A stretch of DNA of 52,646 nt, the filler included, from Malassezia furfur (lineage: Eukaryota), in the NCBI GenBank assembly GCA_052055015.1. It is 2 parts of 2 records of this genome, joined end to end, with 100 filler letters (N's around TTAATTAATTAA, not from the genome) between each part and the next. Parts side by side here need not be neighbours in the genome. Positions count along the whole stretch, not along the records: positions 26,403 to 52,646 come from JBQJIT010000129.1; 1 more part is not named here. One strand, written 5' to 3'. Under the pieces are notes generated by a model. That model was not told the origin of the DNA, did no database searches, and saw only the letters and a program-made list of their open reading frames with translations. Position numbers and translations under genes: made by a program. Positions 32,816-45,000 of the stretch are shown here, in pieces (position 1 is the stretch's first letter; each line of letters begins with the position of its first letter).

Positions 32816-32965
32816 GCCGGCAATCGGTAGTTAGCACGAGCTTTGCGGAATACCCAATGATTACCCTAGATTGCGAAATGTCTACGATGGAATAACATGT
32901 CATCTGTACAGTGCCTCGCAGAGGCGTGCATGTTGCAGGCAAGACCCGCTTCTCATCGTTATGCA

Positions 32966-34400
32966 TTAGCACCACAGTGTCAAAAACAGGGTAGTCACCA
33001 CACCCAGTGCAGCAACCAGGAAAAACGCCGCAGGGCGCGCCTTTGCGCTCGACGCGTTCGCCAACGACCCATTCGGGTCCGATGTCGACCCAGCCTGCGG
33101 CTCGGTCGAGTTTACCGGCGGGATCGGGAACGCTTCCGTTGGACGCCAGCCGAAGTTGATATCTGACGAGTCGAACATAGCAGACACGCCCTGTGGGCTG
33201 CTGAACACCTCGGTCACATCGTGCGTCGCGTTCGCGACCACGGACAGCTTCACATTGAACTGATCGTTGATCATGTTACCCCAATCGGGCATGTCCGAGA
33301 AGTTGCCTGGGAACAGCGAGACGTCCTCGTCGGTGCCGCCCAGGAGATTGATATATTTCCACCACGCCAGGTTACGCCCGATACGCTGCGAACCACCCTG
33401 CGCCAACGCCATGCATTGCTGGTCCCCGTTCAGCTCTGTGTCCAGCAGACCATTGAGGTTGATCACATCACGCCTGGTATAGGTGCGGAAGTAATACTTG
33501 CCCGACTTGCCGCTGTACGGGGTAATATCGAATTTGTTCACTCCGTAGCGCCAATCGTTGAACGTCGTGCAGTTGGTGATGTTGACGTACGAAGGATCGG
33601 TAATGGGGCGGTGCGGAGTAAAATACATGGACGAGCTGGGGTCGGCAACCAAGTAGCGGACATGAACATGCTTGGGTTCCGTGGGAACCACCGATGCGTA
33701 TCGGTTGACAAACTGCGCACCGCCGCTGTGCCCGATCAACGTAATGTTTTTCATGTTGGGGTACAGCTTACGCTGACTGAAGTGCTCAATCAGCTCGCTA
33801 ACCGCGGTGAACGAAGAGATCCGCGTGTTATTCGGATGGTTCGATGGCGCACCCATCTGCCAGAGATTAAGGTCGCTCCACGTAAGCTGCTGAGCGGTAT
33901 AGAGACCCGAGTTGAAGCGCGTCGAATAGAACATGGGAGCAGTGATGATCAGGTTTGGGTCAACATTCTCGTTGCCCCAAGCCAGCTGCTGTTCTTTGAT
34001 GCCATTCAGCGCAGCCCAGTACGAGTCACCATCCCTCAGGCTACCGTGGATAACGATTAGAACATGTGTACTGCTTTGGTTGTTTGCGTTCTCGGTCCAG
34101 TACACGGGCAATTGCGCATTCTTGCCAAACGTGAACGATGCAAGCACGGAGCCCTGCGGAGGTGCAGTTGGGGTGTGCCGCTGTAGCATATGTTAGCGCC
34201 GCTGTCCCCGAAATTACGGCCGCCTAAGCCGAAGCGCGACGTACCTGTCCCTCCCTGCTGATTTTGCCGTGCAAGCTGTCCGTAAAAGCATCCCTAGCAT
34301 GGAGCACACTTCCTTGCACCGATGAGATCCATACAAATACAAGCAGACAGTGCCAGCACCATCGCCTAACGAGGCTATACAGAAGACCTCGCGGATACAT
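32966..34400 (-). CDS. Secreted, probably GPI-anchored alpha/beta-hydrolase (esterase/lipase-like); one intron
   Basis: Hydrophobic N-terminus, intron 34181-34244 (64 nt), VIHG, GHSGG nucleophile elbow, candidate catalytic His in ATHD, and an S/T-rich spacer followed by a hydrophobic C-terminus. Confidence 0.8.
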
Positions 34401-35229
34401 CGTTAGTATCTGACAGCTCCCCAGCCCCCCTCCGGTAGTATCTGAGAAGCGGCTCAGTTTTAATGCAGTCCACTTTACGAGCACCAATGATTAGCGTGCA
34501 CCCTCTGCGCTAATGGCATCTCCTTCGCACCAAAAATTCCTGGCACATGTGATGTCCTAGGCACGCGTCCCAAACGGCCGGTCTGGACCCGCTGCGGATC
34601 GGTGCTGCGGAACGGTCCCAGGGCCGTGTCACGTGCCAAGCGCCGAAGTGCTGGCACTGACACGGGGCGGGACGTACAGGGTATCTGGCGAATTTGAGGG
34701 TCACCAGCGGAGATCACGGTGTAGGCTTGACGCGCGTCGCGTCGATTACGACGATCCACACAGCACGGGCCGCATTATCGCCGCACGCCCAGGATTTCCG
34801 TTCCTTGCCGAAACGAGAAACCGAGACAAATCACATTTCCAATGTACATCCGCTGTAGGCCTATGCCAAAACAACACGGGTTGGGTCCGAAAATTGGTAA
34901 AATTATGCGACGCAATATGCATATGCACATTATTAATTGCAGTTATACCAATTACTACATTCGTCGAAAGGGCAATATCAGGCAAAAACAAGGCGGCGTG
35001 CCAGCGGAATTGGGCATCGACACGAAGATGAAAAAAAATACCACTTTGGACACGTCAGCACAAATGATTGGGCTTGCAGAATTGCGCAGGAAGCGGTAGT
35101 TCGGACATAGGCGCATCGCACGCTCCAGCTCACCGGAATAGGACGGTCCTGCATTGGGCACACACCTATTCGCCCGTGCTGGTCGTCGAACGAGCCATGA
35201 CGAATTCGAGTAATCAAGCGGGACTTCCC

Positions 35230-35238
35230 TATAAAAAA
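35230..35238 (+). promoter_or_regulatory. TATA box of PMA1
   Basis: TATAAAAAA about 180 nt upstream of the ATG, within the longest (~1 kb) intergenic region. Confidence 0.5.
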
Positions 35239-35412
35239 GATAAACGAACCCGTCGGTAAACAGTCCCTTACACACACCCCCTCGACGGATTGCTCGTCTC
35301 TCTGCGTGCCTCTCACAGCAAATCAAGCCGCAAATCGCTTGTAGCTGTTTGACAAGGTAACTCCAGAGCGTAGGGACACATCAAGCCTTTTTCCCACATC
35401 GCCGCAAGACAG

Positions 35413-38400
35413 ATGTCTTATCCTCAACACGATCAAGAGGGTCTTCCGCCGCCCATTGTGGTGGCTAACCAGGCCTACACTCAGGAGACGCCTGTGACTC
35501 AGCCCACCACTTACCAGGGCCAAGAGTACACGGCTGCTCCGGGCCAGACCCAGTTCACCTACGAGCAACAGGCTGCCGATGCTCAGGCTCAGCAGGCTGC
35601 TTACGAGCAGCAGCAGCGTGAGTACGCTGCCCAGCAGCAGGCCTACGCCCAGCAGCAGCAGCAGTACCAGCAGCAGCAGCAGCAGCAGCCTAAGCAGGAG
35701 ACTCGTGGCCAGCAGGAGGAGTTCGGTAACGACGCTCCCGGTGACGAGTACGGCCAGCTCATTGCTTTCATCCGCGCCCAGAAGCAGAAGGGTGGTGACG
35801 ATGAGGGCATGAACGATGGCTCGCGCGTCGTCAAGAAGCGCAACTGGCTCATGCCCTGGAAGGTCCGCGAAGTCCGCGTGAACAAGAACGGTGAGGAGGA
35901 GACCGTCGCCCAGAAGGTCCCTGAGTCGTGGCTCGAGACCGACATCCACCAGGGTGTTTCGGAGTCGGATGTCCCCCGCCGCCGTGCTATGTTCGGCTAC
36001 AACGAGCTCGAGAGCCCTCACGAGAACCTCGTGCTCAAGTTCATTGGTTTCTTCCGTGGCCCCATTCTGTACGTCATGGAGCTTGCTGTCGCTCTTGCTG
36101 GCGGTCTCCGTGACTGGATTGACTTGGGTGTTATCTGCGGTATCCTTATGCTCAACGCTTTCGTCGGTTGGTACCAGGAGAAGCAGGCTGGTGACATTGT
36201 CGCCCAGCTGAAGGCCGGTATCGCGCTCAAGTGCCGTGTCGTTCGTGACGGTCAGGAGAAGGAGATCGAGGCCCGTGACCTGGTGCCCGGTGACATTGTC
36301 ATTGCTGAGGACGGCTCGACCATCCCTTGCGATGGTAAGGTGCTCGCCGACTACGATGACAAGGACCTCTCGCAGGCTACCGAGATCCGCCGCCGCATGG
36401 AGGAGACCAAGAACCGTGGCGAGGGTGAGGACGAGGACGACTCTGGCATTGACAAGGGCCCTGCGATCATTGCTTGCGACCAGTCGGCCATCACTGGTGA
36501 GTCGCTCGCCGTCGACAAGCACATTGGTGATAAGGTCTTCTACACCACCGGTTGCAAGCGTGGACGTGCGTACGTTCTCTGCGAGGAGACTGCCAAGAAC
36601 ACGTTCGTCGGTAAGACCGCTGCCCTCGTCACTGGCGGTGACAGCACTGGTCACTTCCAGCGTGTCATGTCGCTCATTGGTACTACGCTTCTGGTTCTCG
36701 TCATCTTCTTCGTGCTGATCGTCTGGTTCGCTGGCTTCTTCCGCAACGTGGAGATTGCTCGCCCGAAGGACAACAACCTGCTCATCTACACCCTGGTGTT
36801 CCTGATCATTGGTGTCCCCGTCGGTCTGCCCTGTGTGACGACCACCACCATGGCCGTCGGTGCCGCCTACCTTGCCAAGCGCGAGGCCATTGTGCAGAAG
36901 CTCACTGCCATTGAGTCGCTCGCTGGTGTCGACATTCTCTGCTCGGACAAGACCGGTACCCTGACTGCCAACAAGCTGTCGATCCACGAGCCCTTCGTGT
37001 CGGAGGGTGTGGACGTCAACTTCATGATGGCCGTTGCCGCGCTTGCCTCGTCGCACAACGTGAAGTCGCTCGACCCCATTGACAAGGTCACCATCACCAC
37101 GCTCAAGGACTACCCCAAGGCCCAGGAGATCCTCGCTGAGGGCTGGACCACGAAGCGCTTCACGCCCTTCGACCCCGTGTCGAAGCGTATCACCTCGGAG
37201 GTCTCGAAGGACGGCAAGGACTACATTGCTGCCAAGGGTGCCCCCAACGCCATCCTGAAGCTCTGCAACCCGCCCAAGGACATTGCCGACCAGTACCGCA
37301 AGGTCGCTGGTGACTTCGCCAGCCGTGGTTTCCGTTCGCTCGGTGTTGCCATCAACGAGGACGGCCAGTGGCGTCTGCTTGGTCTCCTGCCCATGTTCGA
37401 CCCGCCCCGTGACGACACGGCCGCCACCATCGCTGAGGCTCAGTCGCTCGGTGTCGGTGTCAAGATGCTTACGGGTGACGCTGTCGCTATTGCCAAGGAG
37501 ACCTGCAAGATGCTTGCGCTCGGCACCAAGGTGTACGACTCGCAGCGTCTGATTGGTTCGGGTGGTCTTTCGGGTGCGGCGATCCACGACTTTGTGGAGG
37601 CTGCTGACGGTTTCGCTGAGGTGTTCCCCGAGCACAAGTACCAGGTCGTCGAGATCCTCCAGCAGCGTGGCCACCTTACGGCCATGACTGGTGACGGTGT
37701 CAACGACGCTCCGTCGCTGAAGAAGGCTGACTGTGGTATTGCCGTCGAGGGTGCCTCGGACGCTGCCCGCTCGGCTGCCGACGTCGTGTTCCTGGACGAG
37801 GGTCTCTCGACCATCATTACCTCGATCAAGGTCGCCCGCCAGATTTTCCACCGTATGAAGGCCTACATCCAGTACCGTATCTCGCTGTGTATCCACCTCG
37901 AGATCTACCTGGTGCTGTCGATCATCATCCTGAACGAGACCATCCGCGCCAACCTGATTGTGTTCATTGCGCTGTTCGCCGACGTCGCCACCATTGCGAT
38001 TGCCTACGACAACGCCCCGGCTGCCAAGGCCCCGGTCGAGTGGCAGCTGCCCAAGATCTGGATCATCTCGATTGTGCTCGGTCTCATTCTCGCTGGTGGT
38101 ACCTGGATTACCCGCGCGACCATGTTCGTGTCGTACGACCGTAACGGCCCCGCTGGTATCATCCAGAACTTCGGTAACGTCCAGGAGGTGCTCTACCTTG
38201 AGGTCGCCCTTACTGAGAACTGGCTCATCTTCGTCACCCGTCTTGGTGGTGGCGAGTCGGACATTACCCTGCCCTCGTGGCAGCTGGTGGGTGCCGTTGC
38301 CGTGGTCGACATTCTCGCCACCATCTTCACCCTGTTCGGCTGGCTGTCGGGCGCTGAGCACCGCAACCCCATCACCGCCCCGCACGGTGGCTGGACCGAC

Positions 38401-38649
38401 TTCGTGACTGTGCTCCGTGTCTGGGCGTTCTCGTTCGGTGTGATTGTGGTGTGCGCTCTGTTCTACTACGTCATGTGCCGTCTGCCCTGGCTCAACAACC
38501 TTGGCCGTCGCAACCGCTCGGTCAAGAACGAGGTCATCGAGGACTTCTTCACCAACCTGCAGCGCCTCACTCTCATCCACGAGAAGGACAGCGAGGGTAT
38601 GGACTCGTACCAGTTCCAGACCCGTCTCGAGGTCGAGGACGACGAGTAA
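35413..38649 (+). CDS. PMA1: Plasma-membrane H+-ATPase (P3A) with a Q-rich N-terminal extension
   Basis: DQSAITGES, IIGVPVGLP, CSDKTGTLT, KGAP, DPPR, MLTGD, TGDGVNDAPSLKKAD and ALFADVATIAIAYD, with strongly biased codon usage. Confidence 0.97.
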   Translation: MSYPQHDQEGLPPPIVVANQAYTQETPVTQPTTYQGQEYTAAPGQTQFTYEQQAADAQAQQAAYEQQQREYAAQQQAYAQQQQQYQQQQQQQPKQETRGQQEEFGNDAPGDEYGQLIAFIRAQKQKGGDDEGMNDGSRVVKKRNWLMPWKVREVRVNKNGEEETVAQKVPESWLETDIHQGVSESDVPRRRAMFGYNELESPHENLVLKFIGFFRGPILYVMELAVALAGGLRDWIDLGVICGILMLNAFVGWYQEKQAGDIVAQLKAGIALKCRVVRDGQEKEIEARDLVPGDIVIAEDGSTIPCDGKVLADYDDKDLSQATEIRRRMEETKNRGEGEDEDDSGIDKGPAIIACDQSAITGESLAVDKHIGDKVFYTTGCKRGRAYVLCEETAKNTFVGKTAALVTGGDSTGHFQRVMSLIGTTLLVLVIFFVLIVWFAGFFRNVEIARPKDNNLLIYTLVFLIIGVPVGLPCVTTTTMAVGAAYLAKREAIVQKLTAIESLAGVDILCSDKTGTLTANKLSIHEPFVSEGVDVNFMMAVAALASSHNVKSLDPIDKVTITTLKDYPKAQEILAEGWTTKRFTPFDPVSKRITSEVSKDGKDYIAAKGAPNAILKLCNPPKDIADQYRKVAGDFASRGFRSLGVAINEDGQWRLLGLLPMFDPPRDDTAATIAEAQSLGVGVKMLTGDAVAIAKETCKMLALGTKVYDSQRLIGSGGLSGAAIHDFVEAADGFAEVFPEHKYQVVEILQQRGHLTAMTGDGVNDAPSLKKADCGIAVEGASDAARSAADVVFLDEGLSTIITSIKVARQIFHRMKAYIQYRISLCIHLEIYLVLSIIILNETIRANLIVFIALFADVATIAIAYDNAPAAKAPVEWQLPKIWIISIVLGLILAGGTWITRATMFVSYDRNGPAGIIQNFGNVQEVLYLEVALTENWLIFVTRLGGGESDITLPSWQLVGAVAVVDILATIFTLFGWLSGAEHRNPITAPHGGWTDFVTVLRVWAFSFGVIVVCALFYYVMCRLPWLNNLGRRNRSVKNEVIEDFFTNLQRLTLIHEKDSEGMDSYQFQTRLEVEDDE

Positions 38650-39239
38650 ATTCCCCCGTCGGTGTTGTTTGTTGCGCACTTGTCCCTGAAAGGACACGAT
38701 TCAACCTGAATGCAAGAAGGATCTTTTCAATTTTGGGTTGTCTTAATCGATTCGTTACGCGAATGTTTCGTATAATCAAAGTGGACACTGGCCTGTCCTG
38801 CTCTTGGCCCTTGCCGCGTCGTTTGTATCGACGGGGTAATTGTTGAGGCCGGAGTGTGGCCTTTGCTGCATTGCGACAGTATTGTATGCTGTTTTATGAT
38901 AGTTGCAGTAGAGAATGGCTAAGCGTCGTATGTGCTAACTAATTCAATACATTTGCGTCTGGCTAGATTTTAGAAGCTGGCTATCGTAGGACGTGGTCAT
39001 TCACTCTGTCAGCCATAGTGTAGGCTGATGACGCATGCTATGTGTCACATGCTACGCGTGCGCCGAGTAGACCATCTAGAAATGAACGCCACGATCGGAC
39101 ATCGAACATGGCAGTACCGTTGCTTGCGGACGTGGCCCGCCAGGCCACCAGGCGCAACCAGCAAGCCGTCACGTGGCAAGCCAATTCCGCGAAATTGCGC
39201 ATTTTGGGCCTTGCGAAGACTTGAGACGACGCGGCAACC

Positions 39240-40057
39240 ATGACGACGAAAATGCCGCTGGTCGCCCCCGTGTACCTCCCCGGGACGGAGCCGCTTCCGG
39301 AGGGGATGACGGAGGCAGACCGCGCTCAGATCAAAGAGATGACCAAGTACCAGAACTATACCCTCGCGGCGATGGAATCGTGTGTCACCAAGTCGGTCAT
39401 GTCGGGCGTCCTAGGCTTTGGTCTGGGCGCGTTCTTCGCGCTGATGAGTGCGTCGTTCGCGATTGATGACCCTATTCGGGAGACGATGGCCATCAAGAAC
39501 GCACAGCGTATCGAGGCCGACAGAGCCAAGAAGCAAGCTGGTGCCAAGCCTGGCGCGCTTGACTCCCATGGAAAACCGATCGTGGCCGAGGCCGTGAAAG
39601 CAACGCCTGCGGCGCCAGCCCCTGCAACAGCCGCTGCATCGGCCAGTACGCAGAGCGCATCCAATTCCAGCGTCCTGTCCAAGCTGCCTGGCGCCGGCCG
39701 CTTCAAGGACTTGCCGCCGCTGCCGCCGCCTCTGCCGGAAGTTTCGACGATGCAAAGCACCAAGCAATACTTTGTGCAGACCGGGAAGAGCATGTACAGC
39801 AGCGGAAAAGGATTCGGCAAGGTTGGTGCGCTATACTCTGGAATCGAGTGCGTCATCGAAGGCTACCGCGCGAAGAACGACATTGTCAACCCCGTGGTCG
39901 CGGGCCTGTTTGCCGGCGGCATCCTCGCGCGCCACTCCGGGCCGCAGGCGGTCGTGGGCGGCGGCATCGCCTTTGCCGCATTCAGTGGTGCGATCGATCT
40001 TTTGTACGTGTGCCGCACTAACGCAGCCTCCGCCGCGAGACGGCCGAAGAGCCCTAG
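39240..40057 (+). CDS. TIM22: Mitochondrial inner-membrane translocase Tim22; one intron
   Basis: [42 protein letters not shown] and FAAFSGAID. The 23-nt intron 40004-40026 gives [12 protein letters not shown]. Confidence 0.93.
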
Positions 40058-40113
40058 TCGATGTGGGTCCCTGCATAGGACGTATATATTGATTGCACTG
40101 TACTACGCACACG

Positions 40114-41482
40114 TTAGAGATACAGCCCCTCGGGCGTCCCCTCGTTCTTCCGGTCGATGACACGCTCGCGCGCCGTGATGAAGTCCTTTTTGGTGACACG
40201 CATACGGCGCTCCCGCAGGGCGAGCAAGCCCGCTTCGGTGGTCTGGGTAAGTATTGGCAACATACCAAGCTCTTGATGTCTGCGCCGCTCAAGTCGTCCT
40301 TCATCGCGACAAACTCCTCGAGGTTCACGTCCGGGTCGAGGTTCATGCGGCTCGTGTGCAGCCGGAAAATGTGCATCTTGGTCTTTTGGTCCGGCAGCGG
40401 GAACTCGATTTTCCGGTCGATACGACCCGGCCGGATCAGGGCAGGGTCCAGACTCTCGATCTTGTTGGTGGCCATGATCACCTTGACGTCGTGCCGGCTG
40501 TCGAACCCGTCCAGCTGGTTCAACAGCTCCAGCAGCGTGCGCTGAATCTCACGCTCGCCACCCGACGACGAATCGTAGCGCTTCGAGCCCACCGCGTCGA
40601 CCTCATCAATGAACACAATGCTCGGCGCATGCTCGTCGGCGACGCGGAACAGCTCGCGCACAAGCTTGGGACCGTCGCCGAGGTACTTTTGAATAAGCTC
40701 AGAGCCAACAACGCGCAAGAACGTCGCCGAGGTCTGGTTCGCGACCGCTTTGGCCAGTAGCGTCTTACCGGTACCGGGAACACCGTAGAGAATGACACCC
40801 TTGGGCGGCTTGATGCCCATCTCTTCGTACAGTTCGGGGTGGGTCAGCGGCAGCTCGACCGACTCCTTGATCTCCTGGATCTGCTGCTCGAGACCACCAA
40901 TGTCCGCATAGCTCTCGGACGGCGCCTTGTCCAGCTTCATCACGCTCACCATCGGGTCGGTATCCTCGGAAAGAACACCGACCACCGCCGATGTCTTGTG
41001 ATGCAGCAGCACACTGCAGCCAGGCTCGAGCAGGTCCTTGTCCACAAAGCTCATGATGCTCACGTAGTACTCGGGACCAGTGGCACTGCTCACGATCGCA
41101 TGCTCGTCGTCGATGATCTCCTCGAGCGTGCCGACCGCCATGGGGCTGCCACGAATGTCGTCGACGCGCGTGCGCTCTTCGGCGTCACGGTCATCCTTCG
41201 GCTTGAGGCGGTCCTGGTTCATCACGAACTCTTCCTCGAGCAGAAGGTGGTCCTTGATGCGCTCGAGCTTGAGTAGCTTCAAGCGGCAGCGCGTCGTCGG
41301 GTACACGGCCGGCAGCTTCGCCGCGGACTCGGAGTGCTTCTTGCGCTTACCGACCCGGGTAGGCACCGGCGGCTCCCATTTCTTAGGCTGGTCTTTTTTC
41401 TGTGTGAGGCCCCAATGCATACCTTGTTGTTGTCCTTATTTTGCCCACGTCCTGGGGCACCCCCACTCGGTGCTTGTCCCAT
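40114..41482 (-). CDS. RPT2: 26S proteasome AAA ATPase Rpt2; two introns
   Basis: MGQ start, [33 protein letters not shown] and [11 protein letters not shown]. Introns 41400-41422 (23) and 40243-40265 (23). Ends ...EGLYL*. Confidence 0.96.
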
Positions 41483-42001
41483 GGCTCAGCGTCGTGGCAA
41501 TCGCAGCGGGGCAGGCCGCGCGTCGCTGCGGCGGTCCGTGACACATACACGTGACCTGCAGCCCTGGCTTCCGTGCTACCGCCAGTGGAGTCGGGGGTCC
41601 GCGGTGGCCTTCGAGCGGGTGTCGCGACGTGCGCTACTGGAGGCATGCCGCGCGACACGGGGCGATGGATAAGAAGGCGCAATACCCATCCTAACCCACG
41701 AGCGCAGGCCAACGTATTTGCGTCCCGTATATGTAGTCCGCAAGGCTTACGCGTGCGGAGCATCCACGTTCCGTAGCCTGCCATTTTTCGACCCCCATAG
41801 AAGATGCACGCACGCGGGGACATCACTGTGCTTCTCTTCCGTATTCCTTGCGCCTCCTGGGCATACGCCAGCGTAGCTGGCTCCCACGTTCACGCCGCCG
41901 CGGCCGCCCTCCTCCACTTCTGCACACGACCTCGCACTCGCGCTTTTGCGTGCTCGTGTGGTGTGCTGGTAGCTCGTCGCCAAAGGTTAACCGCCTGAGT
42001 G

Positions 42002-45000
42002 ATGAGCATGCCGGTCGGCATGCGTAACGGGGACATCGCGGCGGATGTCCCCATCAAAGCCGAGCAGAACGATACCCCCCCTCTCCATCCGTCGCCCCGC
42101 CGTGCGCCGACCAAGCGCGAGACCCCTGCGGCGTCGCCGCGCGGCAAGCGAGGGAAGCGAGTGCCTGAGCACATCTCATGCCGAGACCTGGGCCGGTACG
42201 TCGATGGCGTCGATGCTGAGGCGATCGAGCGCGAGGCGGAAGCGGCGCGCGCCGAGCGCAAGAGCAAGACCCAGGCGCTGTCGGCCATGGCGCGGACGTC
42301 GGAGGCATCCACCTCAGACATATCGGGCAATGCACCGGGCGCCCACCGGCATGCAACGCGCAAGATGGCGCGCATGCCGCGTCTCACACCGCTCGTGTAC
42401 GACTACATGCACATACCCCAGGAACCCGACGGCCCGGCGCCGATCGCTACGGCCGCGACGACGCCGCGGCGGCCGTTGCGCACCCAGCCGCGCGTGTTTG
42501 GGCTGCAGGAGGCGCCGACGTTCTACCCGACCTGGGACGAGTTCCAGGACCCGATGGCGTACATCGAGTGGGTGGCCAAGCCCGACGGCGGCAATGGCGC
42601 AGCCTACGGGATTGCCAAGATTGTTCCTCCTGAGGGATGGCAGATGGAGTTTGTGGCCGATGAGCAAACCTTTCGCTTCCGTACGCGTGTCCAGCGCCTG
42701 AACGAACTGAGCGCCGAGGGCCGTGTCGCACAAAACTACCGCGAGCAGCTCGAGCAGTTCCACCACCAGCAAGGGCACGGCCGGATCAGCGTGCCGCGGA
42801 TTGGCGGCCGAGTCGTGGATTTGTACGCGCTCAAGCTGGCTGTGCAGAACAGTGGCGAGGACGACTGGTCCGCGGTTGCGCAGTCGCTGCAGCTCGACGA
42901 CGGCACGGCACCAGGCGTGCTCAAGAATGTGTACGCGCGGCTGGTTGCGCCGTTCGAGGCGTACCTTGCCACGGCAAAGCAGCACCGCGTGTCCTCTGCA
43001 CCGAAACGCGATGCTGCACCGTCGACGTCCGCACCGCGTGACGCGCGGTGCGAAGTGTGCCGCGTCACGGATGCCGAGCCTCAGGTGGTGTGCAGCGACT
43101 GCGAGAAAACCTTTCATGTATCGTGTGCATCGTTGTCGCATGCACCGCGTGGCGACTGGGTGTGTTCCGCGTGTCTTGTGGGCACGGGTGGCGACTTTGG
43201 CTTTGACGACGGCGAGACGCACTCGCTGCACAGTTTCTGGCAGCGGTGTGCAGCGTTCCAGCGGACGTATGCTGCGCATGCCATGAAGCATGCGTCACCC
43301 GACGATGCGGAGCGATGGGCGCGCCTACCCACGCGCGCGAATACCGATGCGACGCTGATTGCCGACGAGGATCTGGTTGAGGCTGAGTTTTGGCGGCTGG
43401 TGCACAGTGCGCACGAGCTGGTGGACGTGGAATATGGCGCGGATGTGCACTCGTCGGTGCACGGCAATGCATCGCCAAGTGTCGAGCGACAGCCGCTGAG
43501 CGCGTACGCACGGAGTGGCTGGAACATGAACAATCTGCCGATCCTTCCCGCGTCGCTGCTGCGCTATATCAAGTCGGAGATCAGTGGGATGACGGTGCCG
43601 TGGATTTACATCGGGATGATGTTTTCGGCGTTCTGCTGGCACAACGAGGACCACTATACGTACTCGGTCAACTACCAGCACTGGGGTGCCACCAAGACCT
43701 GGTACGGCGTGCCGGGCGCAGACGCGGACAAGTTTGAGGCGGCGATGCAGCGCATTGCGCCCGAACTGTTCGAGGCGTGTCCCGACCTGCTGCTGCAGCT
43801 GGTGACGATGATGTCGCCCGCGCTTGCTCTGCGCGAGGGCGTGCGGACGTATGCGTGCAACCAGCGTCCGAACGAGTTTGTGCTGACGTTCCCGAAAGCC
43901 TACCACTCCGGCTTCAACCACGGCTTCAACCTGAACGAGGCGGTGAACTTTGCGCTGCCCGACTGGGTCATGGACGGCCTGGCGTGCGTGCGGCGCTACC
44001 AGTCGTTTGCGCGCCAGCCCGTCTTCTCGCACGACGAGCTGCTGATCACCATTGCGCTGCACAACCAGCAGCTGCAGACCGCCGTCTGGCTCCACCCGGC
44101 CTACCGCGACATGGTCGACCGCGAGCTGGCGGCACGCAACGCACTGCGTGCGCTGCCCATCGTGGAGGAGTGCGCCGAGTACGACCGGCGCGAGGCCGAG
44201 TACCAGTGCCAGCACTGCAAGGCGCTGTGCTACCTGAGCCAGGTCGTGTCGCGCACCACCAGCGCCATTGCGTGTCCCATGCACGCCCGCGAGGTGCACG
44301 GCGACGCCGACCCGGCGTCGTGGGTGCTCCGCCTGCGCTTCCCCGACGCCTACCTCGAGTCGCACGCCAACAAGCTCGCGGACCGCGCGGCGGTCCCCCG
44401 CAACTGGCAGGAGCGCGTGCGCAAGCTGCTGCTGCAGCACCCACGCCCGCCGCTGCGCACGTTGCAGGCCCTCGCACAGGAGGGCGAGAAGATCGCATTC
44501 CCCCTGCCCGAACTCGAGCAACTGCAGGCGTTCCTCGCGCGCGCGACGCCGTGGGCGCAGCGTGCCGAGGTGTTCCTCACGCGCCGCCAGAAGCGCAGCG
44601 ACGTCGTGCCGCGCCGCCGCGGACGCCAGCAGCGCGAGGCAGCCGCGTCGCCGGCCGTGCCCGAGACGCCGCCCAGCGCACCCAACGGCGTCGTGCAGGA
44701 CCGGTCGCCCGAGGCGCTCTTGCAGCTGTGTGCGACGGTGCCCACGCTGCCGTTTGACACACCTGAGTTTGCGAGTCTGCAGGCGGTCGTCGAGCAGATG
44801 GACTCTTTCCGCCGCGACGCCGCGGCGTTCCTTGCGACCGACCCCGAGGCGGCCGATGCGAGCCACCGCGTGGACGACGCGGAGCGCGTGCTGAGTCAGG
44901 GCGCGCTGCTGCACGTCGACGTGCCCGAAGTCGCGGCGCTGCGCCGCTGGATTGCGCATGCCAAGTGGTTTGCGGAGCTGCACGGGATCGGCGACAAGTT

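Noticed and set aside
35357..35412. Possible 5' UTR intron in PMA1 (GTAACT...ACAG directly before the ATG)
   Set aside because: No convincing branch point, and no reading-frame test is available without RNA data.
35323..38697. 1124-aa antisense ORF over PMA1 (likewise 72-1427, 14396-16951 apart from its overlap with the first INO80E-like exon, 5059-6336, 24388-25947, 43325-45736)
   Set aside because: Shadow ORFs caused by GC-biased codon usage of the real opposite-strand gene; no recognisable domains.
41483..42001. Possible ncRNA or small gene in the RPT2-KDM5 spacer (also 38650-39239 and 49889-50131)
   Set aside because: No tRNA, snoRNA box or snRNA pattern recognised by eye; an Infernal/Rfam scan would be needed.
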